From the NCBI GenBank assembly GCA_050952645.1, contig JBMNLI010000005.1, positions 1 through 55,774 on the forward strand: a stretch of DNA of 55,774 nt, read 5' to 3'. Origin of the DNA: Bdellovibrionota bacterium. GTDB lineage: Bacteria > Bdellovibrionota_C > UBA2361 > CAKMMH01. The position numbers were made by a program, and so were the translations under genes. The notes under the pieces were generated by a model, which saw only the letters and a program-made list of their open reading frames with translations, did no database searches and was not told the DNA's origin. This document shows, piece by piece, positions 20,252 to 30,075 of the stretch. Positions within the stretch are counted from its first letter, which is position 1; every line of letters starts with the position of its first letter.

Positions 20252-23200
20252 ATGACTTTTCAAGATGTATTAGAAAAAATTAGGAAAATTAGCACTACGG
20301 AAAGAGAGAAAGGAAAAAACTTTGAAAAAATAATAAAAAATTATCTACTAACAGATCCTAAATATGCAAATAATATAAAAAAAATTTGGCTTTGGAATGA
20401 GTTCCCAAGTAAATCAGACTTATCGCAAAGTAATGTCGATATAGGGATAGACTTAATTTACTTAACTAACGATAATAAATACGTTGCAGTTCAATGCAAA
20501 TGTTATAGCGAAGAAACTAGGATTGATAAAGCTTCCATAGATTCTTTTTTAGCAACATCTTCTAAAAAATTTAAAGATGTCGAAACTAAAGAAGAAAGAG
20601 AGTTTTCTATGCGAATGTTAGTAGCTACTATAAATGATTTTAGTAGTATAGCAGAAGAAACTTTAAATAAACAAACCCCAGAGGTTGTAAGAATATTAGA
20701 AAGCGATTTATCAAAAGCAAATGTTGATTGGAAAAAACTTTACGAAAATTATAGTGGTAACAAAGCTAGAGGAAAGACTTATGAAGCAAAGAAACATCAG
20801 GTAGAAGCTATAAACAAAACTCACAAATATTTTAAAAAAAATCAAAGAGGCAAGCTTATAATGGCTTGTGGCACTGGAAAAACTTTTACTGCTCTACGTA
20901 TCGCAGAAAAAGAAACTTCAAAAAATGGAATATGTCTCTATTTAGTGCCTAGCATCGCACTCTTAGGACAGACATTGAGAGAATGGCATAACCAAAGCAA
21001 ACGAAAAATTACATCTATTTGCGTTTGCTCCGATGCAGAGGTAGTAAAGGCAAGTAAAAAAAATAAAAATGATGATGAAGACAGGTCTTTTTCTATAAAA
21101 GATTTAGCAGAACCGGCATCGACTCACCAAGAAGTTATTCTTGAAAGAATAAATAATGCGAGAAAAAATATTATAAATAAAAAAGATAATATAAATAAAA
21201 AAAATAATATAAGTAAAAAAGATAATAACGATATGATCGTAATTTTTTCAACGTATCAATCTATCGATGTAATAATTAACGTTCAAAAGAAATTATTATC
21301 TAAAAATAAAGATAATATATTCGATATAATCATTTGCGACGAAGCGCATAGAACGACGGGTTTTGCAAGAAAAGATGAAGATGTAAAAATATTTTCTAAA
21401 GTTCACGATAATAAACTTTTAAAAACTAATAAAAGATTATATATGACGGCAACGCCTAGAATTTACGGTGAAGCCGCAAAACAAAAAGTAAAAGAAAATA
21501 GTGCAGTGCTGTTTTCAATGGATGATTCTTCAATTTATGGCGATGAAATTTACAGAATCGGATTTGGTGAAGCCGTTGAACAAAATTTACTTTCAGATTA
21601 TAAAGTATATATTTTAACCGTTTTTAATAGTGACTTGTCGAAAAGTTTTATAAATGAGTGTAAAGAGTCGTTAAGAAATAATAATAATAATAATAAATCT
21701 AGTATCTATAATGATAGTTTGGTAAAACAAGGACTCATCGAAAAAATTAAGGATGACGACCAGGAAATAGAGGCTAGTGATATAGTAAAAATAGTAGGTT
21801 GCATAAATGCGTTATCTCAAACGGTAGCATGGGGAGAAGATATAAATCAAAATGAAAAGCCAATGAAGAGTGCGGTAGCGTTTTGTAATACTATCGCAAA
21901 TTCAAAAAGAATAGCGAATGCGTTTAATCAAATTTCTCCTATATACAAAGATTATGCTAAAAAAGCGTTGCCTAAAATCCATCCAGTTGTAGTAGAGGCC
22001 GATCATGTAGATGGTGGCATGTCTGCTCCTCTAAGATATGAAAAATTATCGAAATTAAAAGAAAATGGCCCAAATACTCAATTATTATCGAATGTAAGAT
22101 GTTTAAGTGAGGGTGTAGACGTTCCGTCGTTAGATGCAGTGTTGTTTTTAACTGGGAAAAACTCACAAGTAGACGTCGTTCAATCCGTTGGAAGAGTAAT
22201 GCGAAAATCTGAGGGAAAACGGTATGGATATATTATAATTCCAGTAGTGACTAAAAGTAAAGCCGATGCTAAAAAAGTTTTAGATAAATCTGATAATTAT
22301 AAAGTCGTGTGGGAAGTGTTAAATGCTCTAAGGGCTCACGATGAAAGATTTGATGCATTAGTAAATAAAATTAGATTTAATAAGAGCGGTGGTAACATTT
22401 CTATCGGAGGCAACCCTACTAGAGATGGGATTGGAGGAAAAGACAAATATGATGAAGATGGCAACGCTACTCAGGATGGTAATGTTGAAGAGAGAGGAAT
22501 AGGTGAAGGAAATTTTCCATTGCTAGATGGTGGCTATGGTGGGCAAATGAGTTTTGATTTTGAAGAATTTAAAGGTTGCATTTATGCAAAATTAGTTGAA
22601 AAGGTAGGCACGAAAGACTATTGGGATGTCTGGGCAAAAGATGTAGCAGAAATAGCACTAGAGCAAGAAAAAATTATAAAAAAGCAGGTAAATAAAAAGG
22701 GTGAGTATAAAGCGGCTTTTAATGCTTTCTTGCAAGATTTAAAAAGAGATATAAATCCGTCTATCGATGAAAAGCAAGCGATAGAAATGCTTTCTCAGCA
22801 TTTAATTACGGAGCCAGTATTTGAAGCTCTTTTTGGAAATAATATTTTTTCAAAATTAAATCCCATATCGTTAGCTATGGAAAAACTAATAGCCATGTTA
22901 GATAGTGAAGATATAAGAAAAGGCTTAAAATCTTTAGAAAAATTCTACGACTCCGTAAAGCGAAGAGTTCAAGGGATAGAAACTGCGCAAGGTAAACAAG
23001 CAGTAATAAAAGAACTTTACGAAACTTTCTTTAAAACTGCATTTTCAAAAATGGTAGATAAATTAGGAATAGTTTATACGCCGATAGAAGTCGTAGATTT
23101 TATAATACATTCGGTTGAAGCGATATTAAATCGAGAATTTAATAGAAGTTTAAACGATAAAGAAGCGCATATATTAGACCCTTTTACTGGGACGGGAACT

Positions 23201-25342
23201 TTTATTTCTAGACTTTTACAATCTAATATTATTACTAGACAAAATCTTAAAAGAAAATACGAAAATGAGATTCATGCTAATGAGATAGTTTTACTAGCTT
23301 ATTATATTGCATCTGTAAATATAGAAAATGTATATCACGATATTTTAGTCGATATTAGAAAGAGTAAAAATAAAAACGACGATAATAAAAATAATAATAA
23401 TAAATTAGATTACGTTCCTTTTAATGGTATCTGCTTAACGGATACTTTTCAAATAGGTGAAGACGATAAAAAGAGTAGCTTTGCACCAAAGATAACTAAA
23501 GAAAACTCTAAAAGAGTTCAAAGACAAAGCGAGCTTACTATAAAAATTATTATCGGCAATCCTCCATATTCTAGGGGGCAAAAATCTGCTAATGATGATG
23601 CTCAAAATGAAAAGTATGAAAAGCTAGATAAGAGAATTACAGATACTTACGTAAAGGAATCGAGTGCAAATTTAAAAAATAGTATTTACGACTCATATTT
23701 CAAGGCGTTTCGCTGGTCTACAGATAGGATAGGAGATAATAAAGGAATTGTAGCTTTTATTACTAACTCTGGTTGGCTCGATGGAAACTCTGGGGAGGGT
23801 TTTAGAAAGGTGATAGAAAAAGAGTTTTCTAAAATCTACGTTTTAAATTTAAGAGGTGCCGTTAGGGGAAGAGTTGGAGATAGCGCTAAAAAAGAAGGGC
23901 AAAATATTTTTGATATAATGACTGGGGTTGCGATTGCCATTTTAGTTAAAGACCCTAAATGTAAAAGAGATAAAGCTAAGATTTACTACCATGATATTGG
24001 AGATTATCTAAGTAGAAAAGAAAAGCTAGAAAAACTAAGTGATTTTAAGGATATTAGTAAGGTAGCTTGGGATTTAATAAATCCTAATAAGCATGGAGAT
24101 TGGATAAGCAAAAGAAATGAAAATTTTAAAACTTTTATTCCTATAAACACTAATAAAAAATTCAATAAAAACTCTATAAGTTTTTTTGAAACTTATTCTT
24201 TAGGAATTTCTACTAATAGAGATCCTTGGTCTTATAATTCTTCCCTTAAATGTGTGCAAGATGCTGCTAAATCTTCTATAAATTTTTATAACGACCAGAG
24301 AAGAAAACTTCATAGCGGTCAATTAAAAGAGGTTAATAAAAATACTAATAAAATAAGTTGGACAGAGCCAGTAGAGAGAGACGCAAAATCTGGAGTTAGA
24401 TATGCATTTGAAGATTGTGAATATAGAGAAAGTTTATATAGACCATTCTTTAAGCAAAATTTATTATGGTATAAACCTTTAATAGAAAGAACTTTTCAAA
24501 TGCCTAAACTATTTCCGACTGCTAATCATAAAAATATTGTAATATGTACATCAAGTGTTGGAGATAATCATTTTTCTTTATTTATATCAAATATAATTCC
24601 AGATTTGCATTTAACTTCAACTTCTCAATGTTTTCCATTATATTGGTATGAGCCTATAGAGGATGTATTAGATGATGATGAGCTTTCGTTTGCTCCTATG
24701 GCAAAAAGTAAGAAAAATATTGTAGGTGGGTATGTAAAACACGATGGAGTTACCGATTATATTTTAAATGAGGCTAGAAGAAAGTATAAGAGTTCTTCTA
24801 TAAGTAAAGAAGATATTTTTTATTACGTTTATGGAATTTTACATAGTAAGGAATACCGAAAAACATTTAAAGCCGATTTAAAAAGAGAACTTCCAAGGCT
24901 TCCTTTAGTAAAGCTAAAAGATTTTGAAGCTTTTCTAAGTGCCGGGAGGGCGTTAGCTAAGCTCCATTTAGACTATGAAAATGTGCCAGCTTACCCTTTG
25001 TGTAGAGTAGTTCAAAGTGGGCTAAAGAATTATAAAGTTATAAAATTAAAGTATGAGGATAAATCGAAGAAAGATGTTTTAATTTATAATGAGGATATAA
25101 GGATAGAAAATATTCCAGCTAAAGCGCATAAATATATTATAAATGGAAGAAGTGCATTAGATTGGCTAATAGATCGGTATCAAGTTACTACGGATAAGAA
25201 AAGCGGTATTACTAATGATCCTAATGCTTGGGGATTAGAGCACAGCAATCCACGCTATATATTAAACTTAATTTTAAGCGTTATAAATTTAAGTGTTCAA
25301 AGCGTTGAGATAATTGAAAAGCTACCTAAAATTAAATTTTAA
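20252..25342 (+). CDS. Type ISP restriction-modification enzyme (LlaGI/LlaBIII-like; Mrr nuclease - SF2 helicase - N6-adenine MTase - TRD)
   Basis: D.GID...QCKCY nuclease; MACGTGKT, DEAH, TAT, QSVGRVMR helicase motifs; DPFTGTGTF and NPPY MTase motifs; C-terminal NGRSALDW...Y...DK.SGI.NDPN. Confidence 0.93.
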   Translation: MTFQDVLEKIRKISTTEREKGKNFEKIIKNYLLTDPKYANNIKKIWLWNEFPSKSDLSQSNVDIGIDLIYLTNDNKYVAVQCKCYSEETRIDKASIDSFLATSSKKFKDVETKEEREFSMRMLVATINDFSSIAEETLNKQTPEVVRILESDLSKANVDWKKLYENYSGNKARGKTYEAKKHQVEAINKTHKYFKKNQRGKLIMACGTGKTFTALRIAEKETSKNGICLYLVPSIALLGQTLREWHNQSKRKITSICVCSDAEVVKASKKNKNDDEDRSFSIKDLAEPASTHQEVILERINNARKNIINKKDNINKKNNISKKDNNDMIVIFSTYQSIDVIINVQKKLLSKNKDNIFDIIICDEAHRTTGFARKDEDVKIFSKVHDNKLLKTNKRLYMTATPRIYGEAAKQKVKENSAVLFSMDDSSIYGDEIYRIGFGEAVEQNLLSDYKVYILTVFNSDLSKSFINECKESLRNNNNNNKSSIYNDSLVKQGLIEKIKDDDQEIEASDIVKIVGCINALSQTVAWGEDINQNEKPMKSAVAFCNTIANSKRIANAFNQISPIYKDYAKKALPKIHPVVVEADHVDGGMSAPLRYEKLSKLKENGPNTQLLSNVRCLSEGVDVPSLDAVLFLTGKNSQVDVVQSVGRVMRKSEGKRYGYIIIPVVTKSKADAKKVLDKSDNYKVVWEVLNALRAHDERFDALVNKIRFNKSGGNISIGGNPTRDGIGGKDKYDEDGNATQDGNVEERGIGEGNFPLLDGGYGGQMSFDFEEFKGCIYAKLVEKVGTKDYWDVWAKDVAEIALEQEKIIKKQVNKKGEYKAAFNAFLQDLKRDINPSIDEKQAIEMLSQHLITEPVFEALFGNNIFSKLNPISLAMEKLIAMLDSEDIRKGLKSLEKFYDSVKRRVQGIETAQGKQAVIKELYETFFKTAFSKMVDKLGIVYTPIEVVDFIIHSVEAILNREFNRSLNDKEAHILDPFTGTGTFISRLLQSNIITRQNLKRKYENEIHANEIVLLAYYIASVNIENVYHDILVDIRKSKNKNDDNKNNNNKLDYVPFNGICLTDTFQIGEDDKKSSFAPKITKENSKRVQRQSELTIKIIIGNPPYSRGQKSANDDAQNEKYEKLDKRITDTYVKESSANLKNSIYDSYFKAFRWSTDRIGDNKGIVAFITNSGWLDGNSGEGFRKVIEKEFSKIYVLNLRGAVRGRVGDSAKKEGQNIFDIMTGVAIAILVKDPKCKRDKAKIYYHDIGDYLSRKEKLEKLSDFKDISKVAWDLINPNKHGDWISKRNENFKTFIPINTNKKFNKNSISFFETYSLGISTNRDPWSYNSSLKCVQDAAKSSINFYNDQRRKLHSGQLKEVNKNTNKISWTEPVERDAKSGVRYAFEDCEYRESLYRPFFKQNLLWYKPLIERTFQMPKLFPTANHKNIVICTSSVGDNHFSLFISNIIPDLHLTSTSQCFPLYWYEPIEDVLDDDELSFAPMAKSKKNIVGGYVKHDGVTDYILNEARRKYKSSSISKEDIFYYVYGILHSKEYRKTFKADLKRELPRLPLVKLKDFEAFLSAGRALAKLHLDYENVPAYPLCRVVQSGLKNYKVIKLKYEDKSKKDVLIYNEDIRIENIPAKAHKYIINGRSALDWLIDRYQVTTDKKSGITNDPNAWGLEHSNPRYILNLILSVINLSVQSVEIIEKLPKIKF

Positions 25343-25451
25343 AGACAAAACTTTTCTTTTATTTATCGTTATGCTACGTTTTTTTAAAAGAGCTTAAAAC
25401 TTGGGCTTAAAAGTTTGGTATTTATCGTTTCTTAAAAAGGGGGGGCGTATT

Positions 25452-25621
25452 TACGTATGCTACGCTTAATAATTTATGTGAGTGTTTTTTTTTGAGCTTC
25501 GTTGGAGTGAGTGATACTAATTTTAAGGTCTAAAACCCACCTTTAAAAGTGAAGAACAAAATAATTTAAGTAGGTTATAAAGTTAAAATTAAATTTTATA
25601 CGTAAAACAAAGGAAAGTTTA
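25452..25621. repeat. dispersed MITE/REP-like intergenic element, copy 1
   Basis: 25569-25621 matches the reverse complement of 48919-48971 at 51/53; 25452-25487 matches the reverse complement of 48996-49031 at 34/36. Confidence 0.8.
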
Positions 25622-25674
25622 GGCTTAAAGAACGATATTTAATAAAAAAAATAAGTCTTGATGTTTAAAAATGT

Positions 25675-25726
25675 AAAAACGTGAGCCACCATTTACTAAA
25701 CAAGTAGCAAATGGTGGCACGTTTTT
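25675..25726. terminator. long hairpin / bidirectional terminator
   Basis: AAAAACGTG-ag-CCACCATTT ... AAATGGTGG-CACGTTTTT. Confidence 0.75.
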
Positions 25727-25780
25727 TCTTTAGAAGTGTACAAAGCTTAACATTTTAGAGAGCTAGATAAGTCGAGATTT

Positions 25781-26473
25781 TTATTTGACGAAGTCAACTT
25801 TGTCGTTATCGCTAACTTCTAAAATATCCAGTAGATGGAAGGTATCTTCATCATCTTCATCATACTCATCATACTTGAAATACTCGAAGCCATCTTCATC
25901 ATACTCGAAGCCATCTTCATCATACTCGAAGTCATCTTCATTATACGCAATGTAGATATTTTTATTAGTGTTATTGTCAATCCATGCGACTTGTCCATTA
26001 GGAAGTTTAATCCCCCAACCGTGGTTTATCTCGTTTGGAATTATGCAAACGGCGTTGATTGGGTTGCGTGTGTAATAATCGTTGCCAATTTTTTTATACG
26101 CCCCAAGAAGCTCATCCTCGCTGACGATGTGTTCTCCAAAAATTGTATTAACTTTCCAATGTTCATTTTTCCTTCCAACGATCTTTTTAAAAAGAAAATC
26201 CCCTCCTACTTTATCTTCAGTTAGTTTTGAAGCGTATCCATTATACCTAACTTCGCAAGGCTTAGGCGTAGTGCCTGGAATTTGTCTCAATGCATCGATA
26301 TTTGCACCTTTTGGAAGTTCAATGATTCCTTTCTTGTTGCCAAGTCCAACTTGAAGTTTGGGATTAAATTTGGGGACGTATTTCTGTCCTTGAAGTTTGG
26401 GATTAATTTCGGGGACGTATTTCTGTCCTTGTTTCCTATTCTTCCTTCTTAGTATGTTATTAGCTTTGGCCAT
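25781..26473 (-). CDS. orphan hypothetical protein (basic N-terminus, acidic repeat C-terminus)
   Basis: SD AAGGAG; internal 39-bp (QGQKYVP..NPKL x2) and 21-bp (EDGFEYD) tandem repeats. Confidence 0.75.
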   Translation of the reverse strand: MAKANNILRRKNRKQGQKYVPEINPKLQGQKYVPKFNPKLQVGLGNKKGIIELPKGANIDALRQIPGTTPKPCEVRYNGYASKLTEDKVGGDFLFKKIVGRKNEHWKVNTIFGEHIVSEDELLGAYKKIGNDYYTRNPINAVCIIPNEINHGWGIKLPNGQVAWIDNNTNKNIYIAYNEDDFEYDEDGFEYDEDGFEYFKYDEYDEDDEDTFHLLDILEVSDNDKVDFVK

Positions 26474-26620
26474 CTTAATGACTCCTTATCTATCTAGAGT
26501 TATTTATCGTGCCATGTTTTGCAACATTTGCAAAAAACCTAAAAAACCTTTTGACGATGCGTATAAATACGCATAAACATCAAGACTTAAACCCATATCT
26601 TACTTAAATTAAAAATTGCT

Positions 26621-27829
26621 TCAGTTTTTTTTATCGCTAAAATACCTTTCTTTTAAAATATCTGTCGCTTTTTCTGCTTCTATCCTTAAAATATCGATTT
26701 TTTCTTGTTGCGTTTTTTGAATTTCACTAGCATTTTCATAAGCATAAATTAAAGTTTTAGTAAGTGAGTCTTTAGTAATCTTTGCTAGTTCTAAACTAAG
26801 GTCGGTAGTCTCTAATTGCCTCATATACCCCCTTACCTTTGGAGCATACACTAAAGCAATTATAGGAGTTCTTACAGCAGATGCTAAAATTAAAGCATGA
26901 AAACGCATTCCTACTAATATCTTACATCTTCTCATTATGGCTTGTATATCATGGCTTAAATAAATCGAATTGTTAATAACTATTCCATCGCAATTTTCTG
27001 CTACAAAATTACAAACCTCTTCGTCCATAGGTTGCGTCGAAAATATTACTGGTTTTATATTTTCATTGTATTTCTTTTTAAGAGTTTCGCAAGTGTCCTT
27101 AACAGCATTTGCTATCATTAGTAAAAATTCATTTTTATCTTCTACCTTTTCATCTTTCTTTAACCAAGAATCCATATAGCTAGTAACGTTTACCCCTACT
27201 AATGGTGTATCCTTAGAAATCCCAAAATCATTTTTTAAAATTTCTATAGCTACACTATCGCTAGATACTGGGTTTATAAAAGCAGAGTCGGCAGTAATTA
27301 AAATATCTTTCTTTACGCCTATCTCTCTAGCTAGTTGCTTACTATCGTTTTCTCTAAACATTATTAAGTCGGAGCTATCTATTACATACCTTGCCATAAG
27401 CTCGCTTATTTTTGATGGAAAAGGTCCTATACCACAATTAAAGCATACTAGCTTACATTTACAAAGCTTTGCTATTGGAGCTAAGAAAAAAAGCGTTATT
27501 AAGTAATTAAATGCTGGGTTAAATAGCTTTTTCCCAAATATAATACCATCACAAATAAGTGCTACATCGCTTTTTAAAAAACATCTAATAGTAGGAATTC
27601 CTAAAAGCCTAATACTTCCAGTCCAAGGCATTACGTCGATAGCTTTTAGATTGTATTTTGGTTCATAATGCTTTTTCATCCAATTATGGTATACGGCAGG
27701 AGCATAAAATAGAGCGTTTGGCATTTTTTTGCTAATCGATTCTAATATGCTAGATAGAATAGCTCCATCTCCTAGGTTTCTTCCTGAATTATTGCCTAGT
27801 AGCGTGATAACTGGGTATTTGTTTTTCAT
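26621..27829 (-). CDS. polysaccharide pyruvyl transferase-family protein
   Basis: G.NLGD.AI, GIGP, RE..S, ADSAF, GMRFHA.I.A, Y.PKV. Confidence 0.88.
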   Translation of the reverse strand: MKNKYPVITLLGNNSGRNLGDGAILSSILESISKKMPNALFYAPAVYHNWMKKHYEPKYNLKAIDVMPWTGSIRLLGIPTIRCFLKSDVALICDGIIFGKKLFNPAFNYLITLFFLAPIAKLCKCKLVCFNCGIGPFPSKISELMARYVIDSSDLIMFRENDSKQLAREIGVKKDILITADSAFINPVSSDSVAIEILKNDFGISKDTPLVGVNVTSYMDSWLKKDEKVEDKNEFLLMIANAVKDTCETLKKKYNENIKPVIFSTQPMDEEVCNFVAENCDGIVINNSIYLSHDIQAIMRRCKILVGMRFHALILASAVRTPIIALVYAPKVRGYMRQLETTDLSLELAKITKDSLTKTLIYAYENASEIQKTQQEKIDILRIEAEKATDILKERYFSDKKN

Positions 27830-27994
27830 TAAAACTCCTTTTAAATAGTTTAAATAGTATTGTTAGTTTTTAATTTTTATACTTTAATAGATTAAAGGTA
27901 AAAAATAGTTTAAAGATAATTTATGTATAATTAAATACATGCTTTTTTTATTATTGGTTAATAAATAATTAGTTAATAAACATAAGGGTATTTT

Positions 27995-28429
27995 ATGCAA
28001 AAAAACATTAAAATCAAGTCGTTAAAATTACCGAGCGTCTTTGTTTTATTATTATTTATTTTATTATTATTTATATTGCTATTTACTACAAGTGCTAATA
28101 GTAAAGAAAATATAGGGAGAAATATAGAAAGAAATAACGAGAGAAATATAGAAGAAAATAATGATAGCGATCTTTTAGCACTTCCAGGAGAGGAGGTAGC
28201 TACCGCTTCAGGAAAGAAAATAAAGGTTTGGTCATCTAAGGGGACTTTTAAATTAAGTGGTAAATTAAGTGGCGATAAATCAAATGATGATAAATCAAAT
28301 GATGATTTTATTGATAATAATATAAATAAAGATGTGGTAGTAGTAGTTAAAGAGCCTAAAAGTAGGAAATTTAGAAAAACTAAGAGGGCTAAAAGAACTA
28401 AAAATTTAGATGGAAATATAAATAAATAA
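27995..28429 (+). CDS. hypothetical exported or membrane-anchored protein
   Basis: Hydrophobic N-terminal segment, low-complexity body. Confidence 0.55.
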   Translation: MQKNIKIKSLKLPSVFVLLLFILLLFILLFTTSANSKENIGRNIERNNERNIEENNDSDLLALPGEEVATASGKKIKVWSSKGTFKLSGKLSGDKSNDDKSNDDFIDNNINKDVVVVVKEPKSRKFRKTKRAKRTKNLDGNINK

Positions 28430-28459
28430 TTATAAAATAAATAATTTAAAGGAGTAGTT

Positions 28460-28945
28460 ATGAAAAAAGTTTTAGCGGTTATATTTTTAAGTTTGTTTTT
28501 TGTAAATTTAAGTTTTGCAAAAGATGAGCTTCCGAAAAGGGGAGTTTTAATAAGTAATTTAAGTAATGTTAGTAGCAATGATGTAAAAGTGCCACCAGTT
28601 TGGGGCGGAGTTTCACTAGATGGGAAAGGTGATGCGCCAATAAGTGCTAAAATTGTAGAAAGTAGTAAAAATAGTTGGGATTTAACTGCAAGTAATAATT
28701 CAAGTGATAAGTATAGATTTACGCTAGAGTTTATACAATTTTCAGACGATGGAAAACAAGTTAAAAAAAGTCTGCACCCTTTCTTATTAGCTCCGCGAAC
28801 TTCAAAAACCGTTAAAATTATTCCAAGTTCTAGGGGTAGCGATTATATGGTAAATATTACTTCATGGAAAAAGATTGAAACAAAGAAAAAAACTAACGGA
28901 AAAGCTAACGGAAAAACTAAGAAAGAAATTAAAAAAGGAAACTAA
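28460..28945 (+). CDS. hypothetical secreted beta-sandwich-like protein
   Basis: SD AAGGAG; Sec signal MKK...SFA; beta-rich mature part. Confidence 0.7.
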   Translation: MKKVLAVIFLSLFFVNLSFAKDELPKRGVLISNLSNVSSNDVKVPPVWGGVSLDGKGDAPISAKIVESSKNSWDLTASNNSSDKYRFTLEFIQFSDDGKQVKKSLHPFLLAPRTSKTVKIIPSSRGSDYMVNITSWKKIETKKKTNGKANGKTKKEIKKGN

Positions 28946-28970
28946 GAAAGGAAATTTAAGAAAAAGAAAA

Positions 28971-29048
28971 GACGTGTGCTTTAATAAAAGTAAAGCGCAC
29001 GTCAAATGTTAGTAGTAAACCTTTGTAGCTTCTATGCGAAACTACAAA
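28971..29048. terminator. two hairpins between convergent genes
   Basis: GACGTGTGCTTTA/TAAAGCGCACGTC (28971-29003) and TTTGTAGCTTC/GAAACTACAAA (29022-29048). Confidence 0.7.
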
Positions 29049-29107
29049 ACGTTTTTCATCTAAGAAGCTACGATTCGAGACTTAAGGCGTTCCCATATAT
29101 TTTTTTA

Positions 29108-29641
29108 TTATATGAGAAGAGAAAATCTTTTTCTATCAGCATTTTGGAAATAAACAGTACCTTGGAGTCCTCTGATGACTTTGCTGTTAGAATTTACGAG
29201 TTTTCCTTGGTAGAGTATCTCGATTTTGCTAGTTTCAGAAGACCTACCTAATATTTGGTCGGCAATGCAACCTTGAACTCTTACCATTACGACAAGGTCA
29301 AGAGGGTCTGCAACAGCAATATGCGGAGAAGCTATATGACCATTTGCTACAAGATCCATCATTGTGTTTCTAACTGTCTCTTCATTGGCACTATTAGCAA
29401 CTTGATATCCAACAAGTATTGGGTCTTGTAAAGGTTCTGTTCGCCTCAGAAGTCCAGATATTTTTCCTAAGTAAGGAACTTTTGAGTAAGTCGGATTTGT
29501 TTTTTCTCTTGGAAGAGGAAAAACAAAAATGAAGAGCTCACAAGTCCCCCAAACGCTATTGCTCTCTGCAGGGAAAGAGGCTGAAAAATAATTCCCACGT
29601 TCTTCAATTTGAGCATTGTTTGTCTGTTCGTTACTAGCCAT
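29108..29641 (-). CDS. orphan hypothetical protein
   Basis: SD AGGAG; 177 aa; more GC-rich and less Lys/Asn-rich than neighbouring genes. Confidence 0.7.
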   Translation of the reverse strand: MASNEQTNNAQIEERGNYFSASFPAESNSVWGTCELFIFVFPLPREKTNPTYSKVPYLGKISGLLRRTEPLQDPILVGYQVANSANEETVRNTMMDLVANGHIASPHIAVADPLDLVVMVRVQGCIADQILGRSSETSKIEILYQGKLVNSNSKVIRGLQGTVYFQNADRKRFSLLI

Positions 29642-30075
29642 TTTATAACTCCTACAGTTGTGATGAATGGAACCTCGAAAAAAACTAAGTATTTTACAAG
29701 ATGAAATATTTTGACTGTAAAAATAATTTTTTGTTCACAATTTAAAGCTAGGTGATATATAGCAAACAAAATATTTATTTAACAAAATTCAAAAAATTCA
29801 CCTTATATTTATCTATCTTGATTAACGTCGCAAATGCTTCAGTTTTTTATAAAAATATTAGAATTTTATAAATTTATTGATAAGTAAAAAATGGACAAAA
29901 CGAAAAAAAATGGTTCTTCACGTTTAATGGTGGTTTAAAAACTTTTTAAGCTTAAAGCAATTTATTAAAACTATCTTAAAACATGATGCAAGTGCTAATC
30001 ATAAACTTATAAAATTATAAATTAAAACTACAAGTCTATGATTAGCTTTTATAACTTTTGTTTTACTCTTTAACT

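Larger units (their letters stand above)
25652..26589. mobile_element. 938-bp segment bounded by perfect 16-bp inverted repeats and carrying one orphan gene
   Basis: TAAGTCTTGATGTTTA at 25652-25667 and TAAACATCAAGACTTA at 26574-26589. Confidence 0.5.

Noticed and set aside
25439..25445. G7 tract as a phase-variation switch
   Set aside because: It is short, intergenic and downstream of the RM gene, not in a CDS or evident promoter
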